Positions 40,600 through 53,400 of a DNA stretch of 64,000 nt are shown here, piece after piece (position 1 is the first letter of the stretch; each line of letters starts with the position of its first letter). The translations under genes were made by a program, and so were the position numbers. The notes beneath the pieces are model-generated. The model saw nothing but the letters and a program-made list of their open reading frames with translations. It was not told the origin of the DNA and ran no database searches. Source of the DNA: Eledone cirrhosa. Lineage: Eukaryota. The DNA lies in contig OZ024752.1 in assembly GCA_964016885.1 (NCBI GenBank), forward strand, positions 18,476,001 to 18,540,000, written 5' to 3'.

Positions 40600-43500
40600 T
40601 GTAGAATGTAGGTGAAAGACTAGTTGTGTGGTCACTGTGGTGTAGAATGTAGGTGAAAGACTAGTTGTGTGGTCATTGTGGTGTAGAAGTAGGTGAAAGA
40701 CTAGTTGTGTGGTCACTGTGGTGTAGAATGTAGGTGAAAGACTAGTTGTGTGGTCACTGTGGTGTAGAATGTAGGTGAAAGACTAGTTGTGTGGTCACTG
40801 TGGTGTAGAATGAAGGTGAAAGACTAGTTGTGTGGTCATTGTGGTGTAGAAGTAGGTGAAAGACTAGTTGTGTGGTCACTGTGGTGTAGAATGTAGGTGA
40901 AAGACTAGTTGTGTGGTCATTGTGGTGTAGAATGTAGGTGTAAGACTAGTTGTGTGGTCATTGTAGTGTAGAATGTAGGTGAAAGACTAGTTGGGTGGTC
41001 ACTGTGGTGTAGAAGTAGGTGAAAGACTAGTTGTGTGGTCATTGTGGTGTAGAATGTAGGTGAAAGACTAGTTGTGTGGTCACTGTGGTGTAGAAGTAGG
41101 TGAAAGACTAGTTGTGTGGTCATTGTGGTGTAGAATGTAGGTGAAAGACTAGTTGTGTGGTCACTGTGGTGTAGAAGTAGGTGAAAGACTAGCTGTGTGG
41201 TCACTGTGGTGTAGAAGTAGGTGAAAGACTAGTTGTGTGGTCACTGTGGTGTAGAATGTAGGTGAAAGACTAGTTGTGTGGTCACTGTGGTGTAGAAGTA
41301 GGTGAAAGACTAGTTGTGTGGTCACTGTGGTGTAGAATGTAGGTGAAAGGCTAGTTGTGTGGTCATTGTGGTTTATGTGAGTAGGTGAAAGACTAGTTGT
41401 GTGGTCACTGTGGTGTAGAAGTAGGTGAAAGACTAGTTGTGTGGTCACTGTGGTGTAGAATGTAGGTGAAAGACTAGTTGTGTGGTCACTGTGGTGTAGA
41501 ATGTAGGTGAAAGACTAGTTGTGTGGTCATTGTGGTGTAGAATGTAGGTGAAAGACTAGTTGTGTGGTCACTGTGGTGTAGAAGTAGGTGAAAGACTAGT
41601 TGTGTGGTCACTGTGGTGTAGAATGTAGGTGAACGACTAGTTGTGTGGTCATTGTGGCGTAGAATGTAGGTGAAAGACTAGTTGTGTGGTCACTGTGGTG
41701 TAGAATGTAGGTGAAAGGCTAGTTGTGTGGTCATTGTGGCGTAGAATGTAGGTGAAAGACTAGTTGTGTGGTCACTGTAGTGTAGAATGTAGGTGAAAGA
41801 CTAGTTGTGTGGTCACTGTGGTGTAGAAGTAGGTGAAAGACTAGTTGTGTGGTCACTGTGGTGTAGAATGTAGGTGAAAGACTAGTTGTGTGGTCACTGT
41901 GGTGTAGAATGTAGGTGAAAGACTAGTTGTGTGGTCACTGTGGTGTAGAAGTAGGTGAAAGACTAGTTGTGTGGTCACTGTTGTAGAATGTAGGTGAAAG
42001 ACTAGTTGTGTGGTCATTGTGGTGTAGAATGTAGGTGAAAGACTAGTTGTGTGGTCACTGTGGTGTAGAAGTAGGTGAAAGACTAGTTGTGTGGTCATTG
42101 TGGTGTAGAAGTAGGTGAAAGACTAGTTTTGTGGTCACTGTGTCATAGAATGTAGGTGAAAGATTAGTTGTGTGGTCACTGTGGTGTAGAAGTAGGTGAA
42201 AGACTAGTTGTGTGGTCATTGTGGTGTAGAAGTAGGTGAAAGACTAGTTGTGTGGTCACTGTGGCATAGAATGTAGGTGAAAGACTAGTTGTGTGGTCAC
42301 TGTGGTGTAGAATGTAGGTGAAAGGCTAGTTGTGTGGTCATTGTGGCGTAGAATGTAGGTGAAAGACTAGTTGTGTGGTCACTGTAGTTTAGAATGTAGG
42401 TGAAAGACTAGTTGTGTGGTCATTGTGGTGTAGAAGTAGGTGAAAGACTAGTTGTGTGGTCACTGTGGTGTAGAAGTAGGTGAAAGACTAGTTGTGTGGT
42501 CACTGTGGTGTAGAAGTAGGTGAAAGACTAGTTGTGTGGTCATTGTTGTGTAGAAGTAGGTGAAAGACTAGTTGTGTGGTCACTGTGGCGTAGAATGTAG
42601 GTGAAAGACTAGTTGTGTGGTCACTGTGGTGTAGAATGTAGTTGAAAGACTAGTTGTGTGGTCACTGTGGTGTAGAAGTAGGTGAAAGACTAGTTGTGTG
42701 GTCATTGTGGTGTAGAAGTAGGTGAAAGACTAGTTGTGTGGTCACTGTGGTGTAGAATGTAGGTGAAAGACTAGTTGTGTGGTCATTGTGGTGTAGAAGT
42801 AGGTGAAAGACTAGTTGTGTGGTCACTGTGGTGTAGAATGTAGGTGAAAGACTAGTTGTGTGGTCACTGTGGTGTAGAATGTAGGTGAAAGACTAGTTGT
42901 GTGGTCACTGTGGTGTAGAATGAAGGTGAAAGACTAGTTGTGTGGTCATTGTGGTGTAGAAGTAGGTGAAAGACTAGTTGTGTGGTCACTGTGGTGTAGA
43001 ATGTAGGTGAAAGACTAGTTGTGTGGTCATTGTGGTGTAGAATGTAGGTGTAAGACTAGTTGTGTGGTCATTGTAGTGTAGAATGTAGGTGAAAGACTAG
43101 TTGGGTGGTCACTGTGGTGTAGAAGTAGGTGAAAGACTAGTTGTGTGGTCATTGTGGTGTAGAATGTAGGTGAAAGACTAGTTGTGTGGTCACTGTGGTG
43201 TAGAAGTAGGTGAAAGACTAGTTGTGTGGTCATTGTGGTGTAGAATGTAGGTGAAAGACTAGTTGTGTGGTCACTGTGGTGTAGAAGTAGGTGAAAGACT
43301 AGCTGTGTGGTCACTGTGGTGTAGAAGTAGGTGAAAGACTAGTTGTGTGGTCACTGTGGTGTAGAATGTAGGTGAAAGACTAGTTGTGTGGTCACTGTGG
43401 TGTAGAAGTAGGTGAAAGACTAGTTGTGTGGTCACTGTGGTGTAGAATGTAGGTGAAAGGCTAGTTGTGTGGTCATTGTGGTTTATGTGAGTAGGTGAAA

Positions 43501-44800
43501 GACTAGTTGTGTGGTCACTGTGGTGTAGAAGTAGGTGAAAGACTAGTTGTGTGGTCACTGTGGTGTAGAATGTAGGTGAAAGACTAGTTGTGTGGTCACT
43601 GTGGTGTAGAATGTAGGTGAAAGACTAGTTGTGTGGTCATTGTGGTGTAGAATGTAGGTGAAAGACTAGTTGTGTGGTCACTGTGGTGTAGAAGTAGGTG
43701 AAAGACTAGTTGTGTGGTCACTGTGGTGTAGAATGTAGGTGAAAGGCTAGTTGTGTGGTCATTGTGGCGTAGAATGTAGGTGAAAGACTAGTTGTGTGGT
43801 CACTGTAGTGTAGAATGTAGGTGAAAGACTAGTTGTGTGGTCACTGTGGTGTAGAAGTAGGTGAAAGACTAGTTGTGTGGTCACTGTGGTGTAGAATGTA
43901 GGTGAAAGACTAGTTGTGTGGTCACTGTGGTGTAGAATGTAGGTGAAAGACTAGTTGTGTGGTCACTGTGGTGTAGAAGTAGGTGAAAGACTAGTTGTGT
44001 GGTCACTGTTGTAGAATGTAGGTGAAAGACTAGTTGTGTGGTCATTGTGGTGTAGAATGTAGGTGAAAGACTAGTTGTGTGGTCACTGTGGTGTAGAAGT
44101 AGGTGAAAGACTAGTTGTGTGGTCATTGTGGTGTAGAAGTAGGTGAAAGACTAGTTTTGTGGTCACTGTGTCATAGAATGTAGGTGAAAGATTAGTTGTG
44201 TGGTCACTGTGGTGTAGAAGTAGGTGAAAGACTAGTTGTGTGGTCATTGTGGTGTAGAAGTAGGTGAAAGACTAGTTGTGTGGTCACTGTGGCATAGAAT
44301 GTAGGTGAAAGACTAGTTGTGTGGTCACTGTGGTGTAGAATGTAGGTGAAAGGCTAGTTGTGTGGTCATTGTGGCGTAGAATGTAGGTGAAAGACTAGTT
44401 GTGTGGTCACTGTAGTTTAGAATGTAGGTGAAAGACTAGTTGTGTGGTCATTGTGGTGTAGAAGTAGGTGAAAGACTAGTTGTGTGGTCACTGTGGTGTA
44501 GAAGTAGGTGAAAGACTAGTTGTGTGGTCACTGTGGTGTAGAAGTAGGTGAAAGACTAGTTGTGTGGTCATTGTTGTGTAGAAGTAGGTGAAAGACTAGT
44601 TGTGTGGTCACTGTGGCGTAGAATGTAGGTGAAAGACTAGTTGTGTGGTCACTGTGGTGTAGAATGTAGTTGAAAGACTAGTTGTGTGGTCACTGTGGTG
44701 TAGAAGTAGGTGAAAGACTAGTTGTGTGGTCATTGTGGTGTAGAAGTAGGTGAAAGACTAGTTGTGTGGTCACTGTGGTGTAGAATGTAGGTGAAAGACT
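40600..44800. repeat. Tandem ~2.1-kb block duplication within array B; boundaries approximate
   Basis: Markers AATGAAGG (40811/42921) and GTTTATGTGAGTAGG (41371/43481) are offset by 2110 bp. Identical repeat-derived ORFs at 40917/43027 and 41161/43271 share that offset. The offset drops to 2028 later (41853/43881), consistent with loss of two monomers. Confidence 0.85.
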
Positions 44801-47599
44801 AGTTGTGTGGTCACTGTGGCGTAGAATGTAGGTGAAAGACTAGTTGTGTGGTCACTGTGGTGTAGAATGTAGTTGAAAGACTAGTTGTGTGGTCACTGTG
44901 GTGTAGAAGTAGGTGAAAGACTAGTTGTGTGGTCATTGTGGTGTAGTAGTAGGTGAAAGACTAGTTGTGTGGTCACTGTGGTGTAGAATGTAGATGAAAG
45001 ACTAGTTGTGTGGTCACTGTGGCGTAGAATGTAGGTTAAAGACTAGTTGTGTGGTCACTGTGGTGTAGAATGTAGGTGAAAGACTAGTTGTGTGGTCACT
45101 GTGGTGTAGAATGTAGGTGAAAGACTAGTTGTGTGGTCACTGTGGCGTAGAATGTAGGTGAAAGTCTAGTTGTGTGGTCACTGTGGTGTAGAATGTAGGT
45201 GAAAGACTAGTTGTGTGGTCACTGTGGTGTAGAAGTAGGTGAAAGACTAGTTGTGTGGTCATTGTGGTGTAGAAGTAGGTGAAAGACTAGTTGTGTGGTC
45301 ATTGTGGTGTAGAAGTAGGTGAAAGACTAGTTGTGTGGTCATTGTGGTGTAGAAGTAGGTGAAAGACTAGTTGTGTGGTCACTGTGGTGTAGAATGTAGG
45401 TGAAAGACTAGTTGTGTGGTCACTGTGGTGTAGAATGTAGGTGAAAGACTAGTTGTGTGGTCACTGTGGTGTAGAAGTAGGTAAAAGAAGTTGTGTGGTC
45501 ACTGTGTTGTAGAAGTAGGTGAAAGACTAGTTGTGTGGTCACTGTGGTGTAGAATGTAGGTGAAAGTCTAGTTGTGTGGTCATTGTGGCGTAGAATGTAG
45601 GTGAAAGACTAGTTGTGTGGTCACTGTGGTGTAGAAGTAGGTGAAAGACTAGTTGTGTGGTCATTGTGGTGTAGAAGTAGGTGAAAGACTAGTTGTGTGG
45701 TCATCGTGGTGTAGAAGTAGGTGAAAGACTAGTTGTGTGGTCACTGTGGTGTAGAATGTAGGTGAAAGACTAGTTGTGTGGTCACTGTGGTGTAGAATGT
45801 AGGTGAAAGACTAGTTGTGTGGTCACTGTGGTGTAGAATGTAGGTGAAAGACTAGTTGTGTGGTCACTGTGGTGTAGAATGTAGGTGAAAGACTAGTTGT
45901 GTGGTCACTGTGGTGTAGAATGTAGGTGAAAGACTAGTTGTGTGGTTACTGGGTGTAGAATGTAGGTGAAAGACTAGTTGTGTGGTCATTGTGGTGTAGA
46001 AGTAGGTGAAAGACTAGTTGTGTGGTCACTGTGGTGTAGAATGTAGGTGAAAGGCTAGTTGTGTGGTCATTGTGGCGTAGAATGTAGGTGAAAGACTAGT
46101 TGTGTGGTCAATGTAGTGTAGAATGTAGGTGAAAGACTAGTTGTGTGGTCACTGTGGTGTAGAAGTAGGTGAAAGACTAATTGTGTGGTCACTGTGGTGT
46201 AGAATGTAGGTGAAAGACTAGTTGTGTGGTCACTGTGGTGTAGAATGTAGGTGAAAGACTTGTTGTGTGGTCACTGTGGTGTAGAATGTAGGTGAAAGAC
46301 TAGTTGTGTGGTCACTGTGGTGTAGAATGTAGGTGAAAGACTAGTTGTGTGGTCATTGTGGTGTAGAATGTAGGTGAAAGACTAGTTGTGTGGTCACTGT
46401 GGTGTAGAAGTCGGTGAAAGACTAGTTGTGTGGTCATTGTGGTGTAGAAGTAGGTGAAAGACTAGTTGTGTGGTCACTGTGGCGTAGAATGTAGGTGAAA
46501 GACTAGTTGTGTTGTCACTGTGGTGTAGAATGTAGGTGAAAGACTAGTTGTGTGGTCACTGTGGTGTAGAAGTAGGTGAAAGACTAGTTGTGTGGTCATT
46601 GTGGTGTAGAAGTAGGTGAAAGACTAGTTGTGTGGTCACTGTGGCGTAGAATGTAGGTGAAAGACTAGTTGTGTGGTCACTGTGGTGTAGAATGTAGGTG
46701 AAAGACTAGTTGTGTGGTCATTGTGGTGTAGAAGTAGGTGAAAGACTAGTTGTGTGGTCATTGTGGTGTAGAAGTAGGTGAAAGACTAGTTGTGTGGTCA
46801 TTGTGGTGTAGAATGTAGGTGTAAGACTAGTTGTGTGGTCATTGTAGTGTAGAATGTAGGTGAAAGACTAGTTGTGTGGTCACTGTGGTGTAGAAGTAGG
46901 TGAAAGACTAGTTGTGTGGTCATTGTGGTGTAGAATGTAGGTGGAAGACTAGTTGTGTGGTCATTGTGGTGTAGAAGTAGGTGAAAGACTAGTTGTGTGG
47001 TCACTGTGGTGTAGAAGTAGGTGAAAGACTAGTTGTGTGGTCATTGTGGTGTAGAATGTAGGTGAAAGACTAGTCGTGTGGTCACTGTGGTGTAGAAGTA
47101 GGTGAAAGACTATTTGTGTGGTCATTGTGGTGTAGAATGTAGGTGAAAGACTAGTTGTGTGGTCACTGTGGTGTAGAAGTAGGTGAAAGACGTTGTGTGG
47201 TCACTGGTGTAGAAGTAGGTGAAAGACTAGTTGTGTGGTCACTGTGGTGTAGAAGTAGGTGAAAGACTAGTTGTGTGGTCACTGTGGTGTAGAATGTAGG
47301 TGAAAGACTAGTTGTGTGGTCACTGTGGTGTAGAAGTAGGTGAAAGACTAGTTGTGTGGTCACTGTGGTGTAGAATGTAGGTGAAAGGCTAGTTGTGTGG
47401 TCATTGTGGCGTAGAATGTAGGTGAAAGACTAGTTGTGTGGTCACTGTGGTGTAGAAGTAGGTGAAAGACTAGTTGTGTGGTCACTGTGGTGTAGAATGT
47501 AGGTGAAAGACTAGTTGTGTGGTCACTGTGGTGTAGAATGTAGGTGAAAGACTAGTTGTGTGCTCATTGTGGTGTAGAATGTAGGTGAAAGAATAGTTG

Positions 47600-50410
47600 T
47601 GTGGTCACTGTGGTGTAGAAGTAGGTGAAAGACTAGTTGTGTGGTCACTGTGGTGTAGAATGTAGGTGAAAGACTAGTTGTGTGGTCATTGTGGCGTAGA
47701 ATGTAGGTGAAAGACTAGTTGTGTGGTCACTGTGGTGTAGAATGTAGGTGAAAGGCTAGTTGTGTGGTCATTGTGGCGTAGAATGTAGGTGAAAGACTAG
47801 TTGTGTGGTCACTGTAGTGTAGAATGTAGGTGAAAGACTAGTTGTGTGGTCACTGTGGTGTAGAAGTAGGTGAAAGACTAGTTGTGTGGTCACTGTGGTG
47901 TAGAATGTAGGTGAAAGACTAGTTGTGTGGTCACTGTGGTGTAGAATGTAGGTGAAAGACTAGTTGTGTGGTCACTGTGGTATAGAAGTAGGTGAAAGAC
48001 TAGTTGTGTGGTCACTGTGGTGTAGAATGTAGGTGAAAGACTAGTTGTGTGGTCATTGTGGTGTAGAATGTAGGTGAAAGACTAGTTGTGTGGTCACTGT
48101 GGTGTAGAAGTAGGTGAAAGACTAGTTGTGTGGTCATTGTGGTGTAGAAGTAGGTGAAAGACTAGTTTTGTGGTCACTGTGTCGTAGAATGTAGGTGAAA
48201 GACTAGTTGTGTGGTCACTGTGGTGTAGAAGTAGGTGAAAGAGTAGTTGTGTGGTCATTGTGGTGTAGAAGTAGGTGAAAGACTAGTTGTGTGGTCACTG
48301 TGGCATAGAATGTAGGTGAAAGACTAGTTGTGTGGTCACTGTGGTGTAGAATGTAGGTGAAAGGCTAGTTGTGTGGTCACTGTGGCGTAGAATGTAGGTG
48401 AAAGACTAGTTGTGTGGTCACTGTAGTGTAGAATGTAGGTGAAAGACTAGTTGTGTGGTCATTGTGGTGTAGAAGTAGGTGAAAGACTAGTTGTGTGGTC
48501 ACTGTGGTGTAGAAGTAGGTGAAAGACTAGTTGTGTGGTCACTGTGGTGTAGAAGTAGGTGAAAGACTAGTTGTGTGGTCATTGTGGTGTAGAAGTAGGT
48601 GAAAGACTAGGTGTGTGGTCACTGTGGCGTAGAATGTAAGTGAAAGACTAGTTGTGTGGTCACTGTGGTGTAGAATGTAGTTGAAAGACCAGTTGTGTGG
48701 TCACTGTGGTGTAGAAGTAGGTGAAAGACTAGTTGTGTGGTCATTGTGGTGTAGAAGTAGGTGAAAGACTAGTTGTGTGGTCACTGTGGTGTAGAATGTA
48801 GGTGAAAGACTAGTTGTGTGGTCACTGTGGCGTAGAATGTAGGTGAAAGACTAGTTGTGTGGTCACTGTGGTGTAGAATGTAGTTGAAAGACTAGTTGTG
48901 TGGTCACTGTGGTGTAGAAGTAGGTGAAAGACTAGTTGTGTGGTCATTGTGGTGTAGAAGTAGGTGAAAGACTAGTTGTGTGGTCACTGTGGTGTAGAAT
49001 GTAGATGAAAGACTAGTTGTGTGGTCACTGTGGTGTAGAATGTAGGTGAAAGACTAGTTGTGTGGTCATTGTGGCGTAGAATGTAGGTGAAAGACTAGTT
49101 GTGTGGTCACTGTGGTGTAGAATGTAGGTGAAAGGCTAGTTGTGTGGTCATTGTGGCGTAGAATGTAGGTGAAAGACTAGTTGTGTGGTCACTGTAGTGT
49201 AGAATGTAGGTGAAAGACTAGTTGTGTGGTCACTGTGGTGTAGAAGTAGGTGAAAGACTAGTTGTGTGGTCACTGTGGTGTAGAATGTAGGTGAAAGACT
49301 AGTTGTGTGGTCACTGTGGTGTAGAATGTAGGTGAAAGACTAGTTGTGTGGTCACTGTGGTATAGAAGTAGGTGAAAGACTAGTTGTGTGGTCACTGTGG
49401 TGTAGAATGTAGGTGAAAGACTAGTTGTGTGGTCATTGTGGTGTAGAATGTAGGTGAAAGACTAGTTGTGTGGTCACTGTGGTGTAGAAGTAGGTGAAAG
49501 ACTAGTTGTGTGGTCATTGTGGTGTAGAAGTAGGTGAAAGACTAGTTTTGTGGTCACTGTGTCGTAGAATGTAGGTGAAAGACTAGTTGTGTGGTCACTG
49601 TGGTGTAGAAGTAGGTGAAAGAGTAGTTGTGTGGTCATTGTGGTGTAGAAGTAGGTGAAAGACTAGTTGTGTGGTCACTGTGGCATAGAATGTAGGTGAA
49701 AGACTAGTTGTGTGGTCACTGTGGTGTAGAATGTAGGTGAAAGGCTAGTTGTGTGGTCACTGTGGCGTAGAATGTAGGTGAAAGACTAGTTGTGTGGTCA
49801 CTGTAGTGTAGAATGTAGGTGAAAGACTAGTTGTGTGGTCATTGTGGTGTAGAAGTAGGTGAAAGACTAGTTGTGTGGTCACTGTGGTGTAGAAGTAGGT
49901 GAAAGACTAGTTGTGTGGTCACTGTGGTGTAGAAGTAGGTGAAAGACTAGTTGTGTGGTCATTGTGGTGTAGAAGTAGGTGAAAGACTAGGTGTGTGGTC
50001 ACTGTGGCGTAGAATGTAAGTGAAAGACTAGTTGTGTGGTCACTGTGGTGTAGAATGTAGTTGAAAGACCAGTTGTGTGGTCACTGTGGTGTAGAAGTAG
50101 GTGAAAGACTAGTTGTGTGGTCATTGTGGTGTAGAAGTAGGTGAAAGACTAGTTGTGTGGTCACTGTGGTGTAGAATGTAGGTGAAAGACTAGTTGTGTG
50201 GTCACTGTGGCGTAGAATGTAGGTGAAAGACTAGTTGTGTGGTCACTGTGGTGTAGAATGTAGTTGAAAGACTAGTTGTGTGGTCACTGTGGTGTAGAAG
50301 TAGGTGAAAGACTAGTTGTGTGGTCATTGTGGTGTAGAAGTAGGTGAAAGACTAGTTGTGTGGTCACTGTGGTGTAGAATGTAGATGAAAGACTAGTTGT
50401 GTGGTCACTG
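47600..50410. repeat. Tandem 1380-bp (~34-monomer) block duplication within array B; boundaries approximate
   Basis: Lines 47641-49020 and 49021-50400 read as identical, with markers GGTATAGAAG (47981/49361), GAGTAGTT (48241/49621) and AAGACCAG (48685/50065). Confidence 0.88.
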
Positions 50411-53400
50411 TGGCGTAGAATGTAGGTGAAAGACTAGTTGTGTGGTCACTGTGGTGTAGAATGTAGGTGGAAGACTAGTTGTGTGGTCACTGTGGTGTAG
50501 AATGTAGGTGAAAGACTAGTTGTGTGGTCACTGTGGCGTAGAATGTAGGTGAAAGACTAGTTGTGTGGTCACTGTGGTGTAGAATGTAGGTGAAAGACTA
50601 GTTGTGTGGTCACTGTGGTGTAGAAGTAGGTGAAAGACTAGTTGTGTAGTCACTGTGGTGTAGAATGTAGGTAAAAGACTAGTTGTGTGGTCACTGTGGT
50701 GTAGAATGTAGGTGAAAGACTAGTTGTGTGGTCATTGTGGTGTAGAAGTAGGTGAAAGACTAGTTGTGTGGTCACTGTGGCGTAGAATGTAGGTGAAAGA
50801 CTAGTTGTGTGGTCACTGTGGTGTAGAATGTAGGTGAAAGACTAGTTGTGTGGTCACTGTGGTGTAGAATGTAGGTGAAAGACTAGTTGTGTGGTCACTG
50901 TGGTGTAGAATGTAGGTGAAAGACTAGTTGTGTGGTCATTGTGGTGTAGAATGTAGGTGAAAGACTAGTTGTGTGGTCACTGTGGTGTAGAAGTAGGTGA
51001 AAGACTAGTTGTGTGGTCACTGTGGTGTAGAATGTAGGTGAAAGACTAGTTGTGTGGTCATTGTGGTGTAGAATGTAGGTGAAAGACTAGTTGTGTGGTC
51101 ACTGTGGTGTAGAAGTCGGTGAAAGACTAGTTGTGTGGTCATTGTGGTGTAGAAGTAGGTGAAAGACTAGTTGTGTGGTCACTGTGGCGTAGAATGTAGG
51201 TGAAAGACTAGTTGTGTTGTCACTGTGGTGTAGAATGTAGGTGAAAGACTAGTTGTGTGGTCACTGTGGTGTAGAAGTAGGTGAAAGACTAGTTGTGTGG
51301 TCATTGTGGTGTAGAAGTAGGTGAAAGACTAGTTGTGTGGTCATTGTGGTGTAGAAGCAGGTGAAAGACTAGTTGTGTGGTCACTGTGGCGTAGAATGTA
51401 GGTGAAAGACTAGTTGTGTGGTCACTGTGGTGTAGAATGTAGGTGAAAGACTAGTTGTGTGGTCACTGTGGTGTAGAAGTAGGTGAAAGACTAGTTGTGT
51501 GGTCACTGTGGTGTAGAAGTAGGTGAAAGACTAGTTGTGTGGTCACTGTGGTGTAGAATGTAGGTGAAAGACTAGTTGTGTGGTCACTGTGGTGTAGAAG
51601 TAGGTGAAAGACTAGTTGTGTGGTCACTGTGGTGTAGAAGTAGGTGAAAGACTAGTTGTGTGGTCATTGTGGTGTAGAAGTAGGTGAAAGACTAGGTGTG
51701 TGGTCACTGTGGCGTAGAATGTAAGTGAAAGACTAGTTGTGTGGTCACTGTGGTGTAGAATGTAGTTGAAAGACCAGTTGTGTGGTCACTGTGGTGTAGA
51801 AGTAGGTGAAAGACTAGTTGTGTGGTCATTGTGGTGTAGAAGTAGGTGAAAGACTAGTTGTGTGGTCACTGTGGTGTAGAATGTAGGTGAAAGACTAGTT
51901 GTGTGGTCACTGTGGCGTAGAATGTAGGTGAAAGACTAGTTGTGTGGTCACTGTGGTGTAGAATGTAGTTGAAAGACTAGTTGTGTGGTCACTGTGGTGT
52001 AGAAGTAGGTGAAAGACTAGTTGTGTGGTCATTGTGGTGTAGAAGTAGGTGAAAGACTAGTTGTGTGGTCACTGTGGTGTAGAATGTAGATGAAAGACTA
52101 GTTGTGTGGTCACTGTGGTGTAGAATGTAGGTGAAAGACTAGTTGTGTGGTCATTGTGGCGTAGAATGTAGGTGAAAGACTAGTTGTGTGGTCACTGTGG
52201 TGTAGAATGTAGGTGAAAGGCTAGTTGTGTGGTCATTGTGGCGTAGAATGTAGGTGAAAGACTAGTTGTGTGGTCACTGTAGTGTAGAATGTAGGTGAAA
52301 GACTAGTTGTGTGGTCACTGTGGTGTAGAAGTAGGTGAAAGACTAGTTGTGTGGTCACTGTGGTGTAGAATGTAGGTGAAAGACTAGTTGTGTGGTCACT
52401 GTGGTGTAGAATGTAGGTGAAAGACTAGTTGTGTGGTCACTGTGGTATAGAAGTAGGTGAAAGACTAGTTGTGTGGTCACTGTGGTGTAGAATGTAGGTG
52501 AAAGACTAGTTGTGTGGTCATTGTGGTGTAGAATGTAGGTGAAAGACTAGTTGTGTGGTCACTGTGGTGTAGAAGTAGGTGAAAGACTAGTTGTGTGGTC
52601 ATTGTGGTGTAGAAGTAGGTGAAAGACTAGTTTTGTGGTCACTGTGTCGTAGAATGTAGGTGAAAGACTAGTTGTGTGGTCACTGTGGTGTAGAAGTAGG
52701 TGAAAGAGTAGTTGTGTGGTCATTGTGGTGTAGAAGTAGGTGAAAGACTAGTTGTGTGGTCACTGTGGCATAGAATGTAGGTGAAAGACTAGTTGTGTGG
52801 TCACTGTGGTGTAGAATGTAGGTGAAAGGCTAGTTGTGTGGTCACTGTGGCGTAGAATGTAGGTGAAAGACTAGTTGTGTGGTCACTGTAGTGTAGAATG
52901 TAGGTGAAAGACTAGTTGTGTGGTCATTGTGGTGTAGAAGTAGGTGAAAGACTAGTTGTGTGGTCACTGTGGTGTAGAAGTAGGTGAAAGACTAGTTGTG
53001 TGGTCACTGTGGTGTAGAAGTAGGTGAAAGACTAGTTGTGTGGTCATTGTTGTGTAGAAGTAGGTGAAAGACTAGGTGTGTGGTCACTGTGGCGTAGAAT
53101 GTAAGTGAAAGACTAGTTGTGTGGTCACTGTGGTGTAGAATGTAGTTGAAAGACCAGTTGTGTGGTCACTGTGGTGTAGAAGTAGGTGAAAGACTAGTTG
53201 TGTGGTCATTGTGGTGTAGAAGTAGGTGAAAGACTAGTTGTGTGGTCACTGTGGTGTAGAATGTAGGTGAAAGACTAGTTGTGTGGTCACTGTGGCGTAG
53301 AATGTAGGTGAAAGACTAGTTGTGTGGTCACTGTGGTGTAGAAGTAGGTGAAAGACTAGTTGTGTGGTCATTGTGGTGTAGAAGTAGGTGAAAGACTAGT